Shown here: positions 1 through 8,928 of the stretch, in pieces | Layout: every line of letters begins with the position of its first letter | How positions within the stretch are numbered: the first letter of the stretch is position 1 | Assembly (NCBI RefSeq): GCF_002310835.1 | Contig: NZ_CP011042.1 | Location: 180,001-212,000 of the forward strand | DNA: 32,000 nucleotides | Source: Pseudoalteromonas tetraodonis | GTDB lineage: Bacteria; Pseudomonadota; Gammaproteobacteria; Enterobacterales; Alteromonadaceae | Reading direction: 5' to 3' | Position numbers and translations under genes: made by a program | The notes under the pieces: generated by a model | Databases searched by the model: none | Seen by the model: the letters and a program-made list of their open reading frames with translations, nothing else | Told to the model about the DNA's origin: nothing

Positions 1-2024
1 ATGAAAAAACGTCGACAATTAAACTTCTTGATAATATTTTGCTCGAAAATCCCGTGTTATTAGGCTTTGGACTGTTTAATCCGCAAGGCGAGATTATTTA
101 TTACAGCTCAAACTTAAACGCTTCAACCATGATCAACCTGAAAGAAAATAAAAATACACGCCAAAGCTTTGCGCAAACCCTCGTATCAGACAAAATGGTA
201 TTAGGACAGACTTACTTTAATGAATCTTTACAAGAGTGGGTGATCCCAATAAGAAAAGCATTACGCGATAAGAGCGGCACAGTAATCGCGGTTATGACGG
301 CAGGTATGGCGGTGTCGAGAGGGACTAAGTACTTAAATATTTTGCAAAGTAATCGTGATGATTACATCATGCTAGCAAGAGAAATAGATGGCTTTATTCA
401 ATACAGCTCGGTTAGAGATGCAGATATAGCAAGTTATATAAAAACCCAGACTAAAGAGGCATTGGGGTTATCGGGTAATGCTTTGATAGAGCAAACAGGT
501 AAAACAAAGCAAACACTTAAATCTTCCGAGGAAGTGTTTAGCATAGAAACGACGGTAAAAGGCAAACCGTATATCACCTCAGCAAAATTTGATAACCGTT
601 ATCAGTTGTGGACTCTGTCACAAATGGCGATGCAACCAATAAAAAATCTGTATTATTGGAAAGTTGGCTTGTATGTCCTAGTTTATGTGTTTATTTGTAT
701 GGTGCTATTTTTTGGTTTTAGGCTTATTGCACGTGCTGAAAAAAAGCGTATTGATGAGCTATTCCATCTTTCAAGACATGATGATTTGACCAAACTCCCA
801 AATCGAAAAGCGTTACGAGATAGCTTTGAAGAAAAAAAAGAAACATCGTTTAGCTTAGCAATCATTAACATTACCAACTTGCGTTCTATGAATAATCGCT
901 TTGGCATGGAGTTTGGCGATAAAGCGATAAAAACCTTTGCTGGCTTTTTAAAAACAACATTTTTATCACCCTATTTAGTATTTAGAAATAGTGGGAATGA
1001 ATTTTGTATTATTGCACCTCACACTTTTGATGAGCAAAACAGACGTGCATTCGAGCATATTTTAGAGTCAGCAATCCAGCAATATGAAACCAACAATAGT
1101 GAACGATTACTTAATATAAGTGTGGGCATAGCCTGTTATCCAGAGCATGGTATAACAAAGAGTAAGCTCGTACGAAGTGCGCATTTAGCTAACCAGTGGG
1201 CAAAAGATACCGGCCAATGGCTGTGTCATTATCATGCTGATATTAAACAAGCTTACTTACGTCGTTTAAAAGTAGAAGAGCGGCTTAATATGGCGTTAAA
1301 CGAGCAGTCATTGTCTATGGCGTATCAGTGCCAAGTAAATGAACAGGGTAAAATCCATGCTATGGAGGCGCTCATTCGTTGGAAAGATGGTGAGCTTGGT
1401 ATGGTATCACCCGCTGAGTTTATTGCTATTGCAGAGCAAAGTGATTTAATTTTTAAAATTGGTGACTTTGTTTTAGCGCGATCTATTGGTGAGTTTGCAA
1501 AAATGCAGCAACACAGCGATACCCCTCTTGAATTGGCAATAAACATTTCAGTAATGCAATTTCAAAGTAGTGTATTTATTCCTACATTATTACACAGTTT
1601 AGAGACGCACAATGTTACTGCGCAAAGTATCATTTTAGAAATAACAGAATCCCTCTTTATGGATAATCTTGAACATGTGATTGATACGATTAAGAGCTTA
1701 AAGTCACGTGGAATACGCTTTTCAATGGATGATTTTGGCACAGGCTATTCATCACTGAGTCTTTTGAGACGCTTACCGATAGATGAACTGAAAATAGATA
1801 AGAGCTTTGTTGATGATATTTTGGTGGACTCTAAATCAAATAGTATGGTGCAAAGTATTATTGCCATTGCCAACAGCCATAACTTAAGTGTTATAGCTGA
1901 AGGCGTGGAAGAGCAGGCACAGTTTGATATGTTAGTTAATATTGGCTGTAAACGTTTTCAGGGGTATTACTTTTATAAACCTGTGGCAGCAGCAACGGTT
2001 ATTGAATACCTATCGGTTAATTAA
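1..2024 (+). CDS. Sensor protein with degenerate GGDEF domain and intact EAL domain (probable c-di-GMP phosphodiesterase); 5' end lies outside the window
   Basis: Frame 3 is open from the window edge (first full codon at 3; the TTG at 39 is only the ORF-track start) to TAA at 2022-2024. It has about 200 aa of periplasmic-type sensor region, a TM segment (VGLYVLVYVFICMVLFFGF), and a GGDEF domain whose signature reads RNSGNEF. The EAL domain has EALIRW, EITE, DDFGTGYSS, KIDKSF, EGVE and QGY motifs intact. Confidence 0.9.
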   Translation, partial: EKTSTIKLLDNILLENPVLLGFGLFNPQGEIIYYSSNLNASTMINLKENKNTRQSFAQTLVSDKMVLGQTYFNESLQEWVIPIRKALRDKSGTVIAVMTAGMAVSRGTKYLNILQSNRDDYIMLAREIDGFIQYSSVRDADIASYIKTQTKEALGLSGNALIEQTGKTKQTLKSSEEVFSIETTVKGKPYITSAKFDNRYQLWTLSQMAMQPIKNLYYWKVGLYVLVYVFICMVLFFGFRLIARAEKKRIDELFHLSRHDDLTKLPNRKALRDSFEEKKETSFSLAIINITNLRSMNNRFGMEFGDKAIKTFAGFLKTTFLSPYLVFRNSGNEFCIIAPHTFDEQNRRAFEHILESAIQQYETNNSERLLNISVGIACYPEHGITKSKLVRSAHLANQWAKDTGQWLCHYHADIKQAYLRRLKVEERLNMALNEQSLSMAYQCQVNEQGKIHAMEALIRWKDGELGMVSPAEFIAIAEQSDLIFKIGDFVLARSIGEFAKMQQHSDTPLELAINISVMQFQSSVFIPTLLHSLETHNVTAQSIILEITESLFMDNLEHVIDTIKSLKSRGIRFSMDDFGTGYSSLSLLRRLPIDELKIDKSFVDDILVDSKSNSMVQSIIAIANSHNLSVIAEGVEEQAQFDMLVNIGCKRFQGYYFYKPVAAATVIEYLSVN

Positions 2025-2025
2025 C

Positions 2026-3033
2026 TTATCCTGCAAATACTGTGGTGGCACGGCTAAGGCGGTCATTCACAGCACCCCACTCACTGCCTACTGGCGGCTT
2101 TTCGATATAAATATTCATCGGGGTTGTCTCATCAATAAGATGCAGCGTTTTATACATGTTTTTAGCATACTCAACAGGGCAAGCACTGAGCTTAGTAATA
2201 TACTGAGGCGAAATGTGATTAGCTAATAACTGTTGCTCTGCCTTGGTTGAATAGATTAAATAATGTGTTTGCAAATGGGGAGTGTTACTCAAAACACTTG
2301 GAAAATCTGCGCTATTAACAAGTATTGCAGGAGCATGGGGCTGATAATGCGCCTTTACATTACCAGGCACTGCCTCATTGTGTGAAAGCGGTGTAGTGAC
2401 ATTTAGTCCGGTTTTTTGCAAAATATCAGCAGCGGATACGGGCCCTGGGCGTAAAATGCGAAGCTGCTCAGTGGTGGCATCAACAATCGTTGACTCAATA
2501 CCCACATCACATTGCCCGCCCTCTAATACCGCGCTAATTCGGCCATTTAAATCGCGCATAACATGGGCTGAATTTATTGGGCTTAGTTGTTTGTAGCGGT
2601 TAGCTGAGGGAGCTGCAAGTCCAGTATTTAATTGTTTTAAAACGGCTAAAAATTGCGGATGTGCTGGTACGCGTAAACCGATGCTATTCAATCCACCTGT
2701 TACAGGGCTATTTAAATTATCTTTTGCATTTAAAATAAGTGTGAGCGGCCCTGGCCAAAAGGCTTCAGCAAGTGTAATCGCTGCCTTATTTACATTTTTT
2801 GCCCAGTGGTGCACATGTGATAGTTCAGGAATATGCACAATTAACGGGTGGTTTGTTGGGCGTCCTTTCGCGGCAAATATTTTTGCTACAGCATCACTAT
2901 TGCTCGCATCGGCAGCAAGGCCGTACACAGTTTCTGTGGGTAAGGCAACGCATTCGCCCGCTTTTAATAGTGCCACGGCTTGGTTAATACGCTCTTCAGT
3001 ATTCAATAATTGAGTGGGTTGTAATGATGTCAT
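2026..3033 (-). CDS. sua5: Sua5/YwlC-type (long form) L-threonylcarbamoyladenylate synthase, YrdC domain plus Sua5 C-terminal domain
   Basis: 335-aa ORF. YrdC-fold motifs are present: ALPTETVYGLAAD, AAKGRPTNHPLIVHI, LRVPAHP, APSANRY. A ~120-aa Sua5-type C-terminal extension follows. The ATG lies 8 nt after the upstream ORF stop, with an AAGAG SD-like sequence. Confidence 0.85.
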   Translation of the reverse strand: MTSLQPTQLLNTEERINQAVALLKAGECVALPTETVYGLAADASNSDAVAKIFAAKGRPTNHPLIVHIPELSHVHHWAKNVNKAAITLAEAFWPGPLTLILNAKDNLNSPVTGGLNSIGLRVPAHPQFLAVLKQLNTGLAAPSANRYKQLSPINSAHVMRDLNGRISAVLEGGQCDVGIESTIVDATTEQLRILRPGPVSAADILQKTGLNVTTPLSHNEAVPGNVKAHYQPHAPAILVNSADFPSVLSNTPHLQTHYLIYSTKAEQQLLANHISPQYITKLSACPVEYAKNMYKTLHLIDETTPMNIYIEKPPVGSEWGAVNDRLSRATTVFAG

Positions 3034-3041
3034 AATAACTC

Positions 3042-3839
3042 TTAAGGATTACAAAACTGGCAATATGTTGCATCAGCAACGCGTTTTTTATTTGTTTCAA
3101 TGTGGCTAAAGCCGCAACTATCACACACTGAAGTAGTTGATTTCATTTGTTCTGTTGGCATATTACATAGCTCACAGGGCAAGCCTTTTGTAACTTGTTT
3201 AGCAACAAAGTTAGGGTTTTGGCACTGTGGGCATGTTGATGATATTCGCCTTGCAAGATCTTCTGCAGCTCGGCTAATAATTACTTGGCGTTGCGGGCTA
3301 TACATGGCCCTTAGATCAGGCGCGATTGTACCTGTGCTTGGCGTTTTTTCTGTATATAAAGCAATAAGCGCTTTTATACTAAGCCCTTTATGAAGCGTTT
3401 GGGTGTCGTCAAGTATCCAATGTTGGTTTTTATAGCGCTGACATGCAGTAGCGATTGATTCAGCACTGGTTTCACTGCTAATGCTTAAGCTGCTCGGCGA
3501 AAATGGCCCGCCAGCATATCCATAAATAGTATTGTTATTGTGTTTATCATAAAAACAAATAACTTCTTCGTCCCAGTTCATTAAACCCGGGTACGGCCCA
3601 CCCCCAAAACTGCCTTCACTGCCAAGCCCAAATTGCTCGCCTGTGAGTTCACATGCGCGCTGAGCTTTTGTCAGTGCCGCTGTGTTGGCACTACAATGAC
3701 GTTGTACTTCGTGACTAAACATCCCAAGTGTATCGGTATCAAATAAATCAGTAGTGAATACCTCAAAACCAAGTGGCTCCAAAGCGGGAGCTACTAAAGG
3801 CGCCTTTTTATGTTTCGTGGCAATGACTATCTTTGGCAT
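3042..3839 (-). CDS. Uncharacterised protein with C-terminal 4xCxxC zinc-ribbon region
   Basis: 265-aa ORF. Its start is 3 nt after the dabA stop (TAAGCTATG). The C-terminal ~70 aa carry CPQC, CELC, CDSC and CQFC. I cannot assign the N-terminal ~190 aa to a characterised family. Confidence 0.7.
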   Translation of the reverse strand: MPKIVIATKHKKAPLVAPALEPLGFEVFTTDLFDTDTLGMFSHEVQRHCSANTAALTKAQRACELTGEQFGLGSEGSFGGGPYPGLMNWDEEVICFYDKHNNNTIYGYAGGPFSPSSLSISSETSAESIATACQRYKNQHWILDDTQTLHKGLSIKALIALYTEKTPSTGTIAPDLRAMYSPQRQVIISRAAEDLARRISSTCPQCQNPNFVAKQVTKGLPCELCNMPTEQMKSTTSVCDSCGFSHIETNKKRVADATYCQFCNP

Positions 3840-3842
3840 AGC

Positions 3843-6269
3843 TTATATTGGCTCATTAGAGGCTGAAATAGTTGAGAAATGTCCATTTTCGAACTGCTCT
3901 AGGGTATTATCATCGCCCCAGCGAATGAGAGTGAGCCAATGGTTATCAATCAGCTCCTTCACCATGACATGTTTGTTATAAATTGCCGCGATTGCCGATT
4001 GCGGCGCAGCAATATATACATTAAGGCGAATTGGTTCGTGCATCCATTTTTCCCCATTGTGCAGTGACTGCATGGCTAAGCCAATACGAAGGTCACCGCC
4101 ATTACCTTCAAATAATCCAATATTACCGCCGACTGCGTTGTGAAGTATTTTATTACCACTGCCGTATTTATGGTTGTCGGTAACCGAGGCATTATATTGA
4201 CTATTGATCCAATGGGTTACTATCATGGGGGCGGTCATGATCAGTTCTAATACCGCAAATTCGTTATCGTTTTCCCATTCATAATTATGTAAAAAACAGC
4301 GTCCTTGTAAGTTAACACTGCGAGTCCAGGCTCGTGGTGCAACAATAAAGGCGGCGTTATTAGCAAGCCCCCATTCTGGGCGTACTTGCGACCAATCGCG
4401 GGCACGCTGTTGATAAGCATGGTTAATTTCATCCGCGGTTTTATTAACTAACTGCGGGTCGATATTTACTAAGCGTTCTTGCTGAGCGGTTTGCGTGGCA
4501 ACGGTTAGCCATTTTTTTAGATTGTCATTAAGCTCGGTATCGTAAGCGGTGATGACATCCGTGGTTGTGTTATGAATAGCGGCAATAAATTGCGTGCTCT
4601 GTGCCAGTGTTAGCCCTCGCTCTTTAAGCGCTTGGCGCACTTGGGTATCGTTTAGTAAGTTAGCCAGCACGCGTACATTAACTTCGCCACTTTGCCCTCC
4701 ACAGGCTCCACATTCTAGGCCAGCGCTGTGCAAGTTATTAGTTGTATGACTGGCGTGACCTACCAACATAACATGCGGCGCAAACTCTTTTATTCCTAAG
4801 GTGTTAAGCACTTTTTGAGCTAAGTCGGTTTTGTCTTTTAGGGTCAGTTTTTGCTGGTTTTGTGTTAATTGCCAGTCGGTGGTTGCGCACTTTTTAGCTT
4901 TACCTTTAGATAAAAAGGTATTTTTTATTAATTTAAATGCATACAGCCAGCCTGCTGATTCAACCATAGAAAACGATGAGGGGGCTGATTTTGACCAACT
5001 TTGCCATGTAGCACTATTTTGACGAGATGCTTCAAGCGCCGCGTCTTTGTGTGTTTGTGTGGCATGTATGGCTGGTTTGAGTAGCCCGGGTAGTTGAGGA
5101 CGAGTAATTGCACTACCATTTTCTTGATATTCTAGTGGCAAGCCAAAAAAGCCGGCAAAGCCGAAGGTTTCTATATTTTTACTTTGCGATTCAAGCGCGC
5201 GGCGAATAACCTCTGAGCGTACATCAATACAAAACACAGCTTGTAATTGAGCGTTGTTCACTGGCGTTTTAGTGGCGTTTTGCAGCGCATGATTAAGCGG
5301 GTATTGATAGCTCAGCTCCAGTGCTTTTGCCCACACCCATAATGGCTTTTGTGCCAATTTGTGTGCATGCAGGCGCTCAATTACGAGTGACTTTTCTTGC
5401 TGCCACTGACTTTGTAGTTGTTTAAATGAAGCACTATCATGATCTGCTAGATACTGCCAAATAACCAAGTCCCATGCCATTCGCATGGCCAGTAGCTGTT
5501 TCATATCATCTTTGGGTTTAGCGTAAAGTTGGCCTTGGAATCGCAAATACGCTAACCACGATGCCCAACCATTAATATCTAAAAGCAGCGAATGAGCATA
5601 TAACTCTAACGAGTCGTTATCTATATTAAGGGTTGAGAGTGTTAGTGCAATCAGTTCATCAGCGCAAGTGGGCAGTCGTTTAAAGTAGCCATTTAAATGC
5701 TTTTCATCCATTACAATACTAATGCCTTTATCCGCTTGAATAACGGTTAACCAATGGCGATATAAAGGTGATTGTGATGATGTGTCATCACCATGAAGCA
5801 TAGGGCCAAGCTGCTGATAATGCGCGGCACAAAACTGGCTCAATTGATGGGTAATTTCATCATGCCAAGCCATTTTATGTTTATTGCGCTGCTGGTCGAG
5901 TAAATCTGCAATGTTGTGCCAATCCACTAAGGGAACATCAATGTGAAGGGTTTTTGTGAGTTGCTCATGCGTAAAGTCACTGTTAAGTAACTTGGCTGCA
6001 TCAGCTAAGTGGTTATCAGTAATTATGCCGTTGTCGTACTTGTGCTGATAAAAGTCTTTAGGCATGAGCATATTGGCATTACATAAGGTATCAATGCGTG
6101 CGCTTACATCTTCAATAGGCAGGTGGCGCATTTCCCAAAATGGGTTAACGGCAATCATCTGATCTAAAGGCCAGTTTGGTGCTATGTAACCGCATACTTT
6201 ATTAAGTATGTTGTTTTCAGTGTCACTTAACGATAATGCCGTGTGATTTGAATGCGTTTGATTGCTCAT
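3843..6269 (-). CDS. dabA: DabA (DUF2309/UPF0753), carbonic-anhydrase-like subunit of the DAB inorganic-carbon pump
   Basis: 808-aa ORF with family-typical IAVNPFWEM near the N-terminus. It has a Cys-x-Asp motif (AVFCIDVRSE) and a His/Cys cluster (GHASHTTNNLHSAGLECGACGG), matching the beta-CA-like metal site described for DabA. The start overlaps the dabB stop (ATGA at 6266-6269). Confidence 0.9.
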   Translation of the reverse strand: MSNQTHSNHTALSLSDTENNILNKVCGYIAPNWPLDQMIAVNPFWEMRHLPIEDVSARIDTLCNANMLMPKDFYQHKYDNGIITDNHLADAAKLLNSDFTHEQLTKTLHIDVPLVDWHNIADLLDQQRNKHKMAWHDEITHQLSQFCAAHYQQLGPMLHGDDTSSQSPLYRHWLTVIQADKGISIVMDEKHLNGYFKRLPTCADELIALTLSTLNIDNDSLELYAHSLLLDINGWASWLAYLRFQGQLYAKPKDDMKQLLAMRMAWDLVIWQYLADHDSASFKQLQSQWQQEKSLVIERLHAHKLAQKPLWVWAKALELSYQYPLNHALQNATKTPVNNAQLQAVFCIDVRSEVIRRALESQSKNIETFGFAGFFGLPLEYQENGSAITRPQLPGLLKPAIHATQTHKDAALEASRQNSATWQSWSKSAPSSFSMVESAGWLYAFKLIKNTFLSKGKAKKCATTDWQLTQNQQKLTLKDKTDLAQKVLNTLGIKEFAPHVMLVGHASHTTNNLHSAGLECGACGGQSGEVNVRVLANLLNDTQVRQALKERGLTLAQSTQFIAAIHNTTTDVITAYDTELNDNLKKWLTVATQTAQQERLVNIDPQLVNKTADEINHAYQQRARDWSQVRPEWGLANNAAFIVAPRAWTRSVNLQGRCFLHNYEWENDNEFAVLELIMTAPMIVTHWINSQYNASVTDNHKYGSGNKILHNAVGGNIGLFEGNGGDLRIGLAMQSLHNGEKWMHEPIRLNVYIAAPQSAIAAIYNKHVMVKELIDNHWLTLIRWGDDNTLEQFENGHFSTISASNEPI

Positions 6270-7834
6270 TTTGATTCCTCAACGGTGATTCCAGCTGCAT
6301 GATTTTTTAAATCGGTGTGGCCATTATTAGGTAAATTTATCGGCCATATTTTTAGGGTTAATCGCGTAAACCACTCATCTAAATACAAGCCTGCAAATAA
6401 TAGGGTGGAAAGTGATTTAACCTGTGGTCGCCAAGACTGGTAGCGTAAAAAGTAGCTGGCAATCATTAACGTTAAAATAAGGGCTATTACCCAGCTATCG
6501 GCGAGGCTAAATGCAGCTTCGCGCCACTGCTCAAGCTCTAGTGCTAAAGTAAATATATTTTTAGCAACCACATAGCTAAAAACTACTAAGAGTGCAATTA
6601 ACAACTTTTTACTGCGAGTTTGCACGTTAGAAGCGCCATGTTGGTTGGCCAGTAAAATAGTTAAAGCCGATGCTAAAAGTAGCCACACACTGACAGCACC
6701 TTGATAGCCGCTAATGAACCATGCAGCGCCAACTAGGGTAATCGACACCAATGCCCCCGTTAACCAAGCAAAGCACGTGGGTGATTGTTTTGGAATGTGG
6801 CGGCGAATCAGATCTTCGTTTACACCGTTGCCTGAGTTTAAAAATGCAAAGGCTTTATAGGTTGAATGAGTAACAAGGTGAAGCAGAGCCAGTTCAAATA
6901 ATCCCAGCGCACATTCTATGAGCATTAATCCCATTTGCGCACTGGTAGACCAAGCAAGCCTTACTTTAACGCTTATTCGGGTAGTCATTATCAAAGCGCT
7001 GATCACCGTAGTTAAACCAGCAATAATTAAAATTAACCACTGTGCAGCCGCAGCTTGAATAAACAAAGGCGCAAATAAAACTAATAAAAAGCCACCTAAA
7101 TTTATCACCCCAGCATGCAATAAGGCACTGACGGGTGTAGGCACCTCAACCACTTTGATTAGCCAGCCATGCATAGGCAACTGAGCACATTTGATTAAAG
7201 CTGCAAAAGCGATTAAAAAGGCCGCGAGTTGTTCAGCCAAAGATAGCGGTAGTGTGGTGGTGTGATAAAAAGTAGTGATATCGCTAATGTATAGGCTATT
7301 GTGAGTAACCGATAATATAATAAATGCGACGAGTAATAAGGATTCAGCTACGCGTGCCACAATAAACTTTTTATGAGCGGCGAGTACCGCACGAGGGCGC
7401 TCAGGATAAAACATTAATAGTTTATGCAGTGCTAAACTAATTGACACCCAGCCTAGCCAAAATAGCGCTAAGTGATTGCTCATAACTACAATCAGCACTG
7501 CGGTTACGGTTAATAGCAGCCAGCGCCAAAAATAGTTTACACGTGGCTCACCTTGCATATAGTGTTTGCAAAACCGAATTAATATTAGCGTTATGAACAG
7601 GATTAGTCCTAGCATAATAGCGCGGGTCACTGAGAGCGATAAGAAACTCAGTAAATCAAAGGCATAAATACGATAAAGTGCAACGGCACTGATAAATGCA
7701 ACACTATTAAATAGCATCACTTTAAACAGTACATTGCCATTTGAGGCACAAGGTTGTCGGCCAATTAGCCACGCCGCTAAAAATGTGCTTAATGGCATCA
7801 TTAGTAATAACAACGAAATAATATACTCGCTCAT
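6266..7834 (-). CDS. dabB: DabB, NuoL/MrpA-like proton-conducting membrane subunit of the DAB inorganic-carbon pump
   Basis: 522-aa polytopic membrane ORF with a complex-I antiporter-like core (VPTPVSALLHAGVINLGGFLL, STSAQMGLMLIECALG). A strong AAGGAG SD sits 5 nt upstream of the ATG. It is translationally coupled to dabA. Confidence 0.88.
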   Translation of the reverse strand: MSEYIISLLLLMMPLSTFLAAWLIGRQPCASNGNVLFKVMLFNSVAFISAVALYRIYAFDLLSFLSLSVTRAIMLGLILFITLILIRFCKHYMQGEPRVNYFWRWLLLTVTAVLIVVMSNHLALFWLGWVSISLALHKLLMFYPERPRAVLAAHKKFIVARVAESLLLVAFIILSVTHNSLYISDITTFYHTTTLPLSLAEQLAAFLIAFAALIKCAQLPMHGWLIKVVEVPTPVSALLHAGVINLGGFLLVLFAPLFIQAAAAQWLILIIAGLTTVISALIMTTRISVKVRLAWSTSAQMGLMLIECALGLFELALLHLVTHSTYKAFAFLNSGNGVNEDLIRRHIPKQSPTCFAWLTGALVSITLVGAAWFISGYQGAVSVWLLLASALTILLANQHGASNVQTRSKKLLIALLVVFSYVVAKNIFTLALELEQWREAAFSLADSWVIALILTLMIASYFLRYQSWRPQVKSLSTLLFAGLYLDEWFTRLTLKIWPINLPNNGHTDLKNHAAGITVEESK

Positions 7835-7844
7835 TCAGTGCTCC

Positions 7845-7886
7845 TTATTTAGTTATTGGAGTATGACAAACTAGATAACTAAATAA
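7845..7886. promoter_or_regulatory. Perfect 12-bp inverted repeat (TTATTTAGTTAT-N18-ATAACTAAATAA) in the dabB/LysR divergent control region; candidate LysR operator
   Basis: The arms at 7845-7856 and 7875-7886 are exact reverse complements. The left arm abuts the dabB SD (7841-7846). A TATAAT-like hexamer at 7894-7899 precedes the LysR gene. Confidence 0.45.
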
Positions 7887-7930
7887 AAATAGATATAATG
7901 CATATAAACGTTCTATAAAAGAGAACTATA

Positions 7931-8809
7931 ATGAGCCGTTTGAACTACCATCACTTGTATTATTTTTGGTCTGTTGCCCGAATTGGTAACTTAACCCAAG
8001 CCGCTAAAGAGCTGCATTTATCGCAGTCAGCGCTCTCCACTCAAATTAAACAGCTAGAGCACACCATTAATATTGAGTTATTTGAACGTAAAGGACGTAC
8101 CTTGGCATTAACCGATATGGGAAAGCGGGTGCAAATGTACGCTAACGATATATTCACTAAGGGCGAAGAGCTGTCGTCTTTTATTCATAAAGGGATGATT
8201 TCCCAAACTCAGCATTTATCAATCGGGGTGCTTAATACGCTCTCTCGTAACTTTATCGAGGAATTTATTAACCCTTTAATGAGTAACGACGAAGTACGCT
8301 TTTCGCTTACTGCAGGGCGTATGGATGGGCTGTTAAATGGTTTGGCAGAGCACGAAATGGATTTAGTTTTAACCAATAAACCCATCGGACTTGAGCACTA
8401 CGATCAACTGTGGCAAAGCCAGTTGGTATCTCGTCAGCCATTAGCCATAGTGGGCCCTGCAGATAAAAAAACACGCGGTCAATTTCCTAGCGGTTACACA
8501 GATGCACAATGGGTGCTACCCAGTAAAACCTCCGCGATTAGAGACTCATTTAATGCTTTGTGTGCCCGCTGGCAATATCAGCCAAAAATAAAAGCAGAGG
8601 CTGATGATATGGCTATGCTGCGATTACTTGCTCGTGATAGTGGTGCACTATCGGTATTGCCATCAGTTGTAGTAAAGGATGAAATAGAACAAGGCCTACT
8701 GGTTGAATACCAACGTTTACCTGATGCATTTGAGCACTTTTATGCCATTACCGCACAGCGCAAATTTGTACCTGATATACTCAAATCATTGCTCGCCAAA
8801 ACGTGTTAA
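7931..8809 (+). CDS. LysR-family transcriptional regulator, NhaR-like subfamily
   Basis: 292-aa ORF. The N-terminal wHTH (LNYHHLYYFWSVARIGNLTQAAKELHLSQSALSTQIKQLE) resembles the NhaR-type N-terminus (NY-HLYYFW), followed by a LysR substrate-binding domain. It is divergent from dabBA. Confidence 0.9.
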   Translation: MSRLNYHHLYYFWSVARIGNLTQAAKELHLSQSALSTQIKQLEHTINIELFERKGRTLALTDMGKRVQMYANDIFTKGEELSSFIHKGMISQTQHLSIGVLNTLSRNFIEEFINPLMSNDEVRFSLTAGRMDGLLNGLAEHEMDLVLTNKPIGLEHYDQLWQSQLVSRQPLAIVGPADKKTRGQFPSGYTDAQWVLPSKTSAIRDSFNALCARWQYQPKIKAEADDMAMLRLLARDSGALSVLPSVVVKDEIEQGLLVEYQRLPDAFEHFYAITAQRKFVPDILKSLLAKTC

Positions 8810-8928
8810 TTACTTTTAAACTAACGTTTTTATTAAAATATTTTATGCTTGAATAATAAAAAAAGAATTAAAGGTTTTAATTAGATGGCCGACAAAGTAC
8901 TTAATTGTACTGAAGATTAAGGATAATC

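Noticed and set aside
1-63. ATG at position 1 opening a frame-1 ORF (MKKRRQLNFLIIFCSKIPCY*) that looks like the N-terminus of a membrane sensor.
   Set aside because: It stops after 20 codons. Frame 3 is open from the window edge with sensible sensor-domain sequence that continues into the GGDEF-EAL protein, so the real start is upstream of the window. A frameshifted pseudogene cannot be fully excluded without upstream sequence.
2022-2028. Convergent stop codons of the GGDEF-EAL gene and the Sua5 gene lie only 1 nt apart, with no terminator between them.
   Set aside because: Tight convergent gene ends are common in compact bacterial genomes, and there is no evidence of functional significance.
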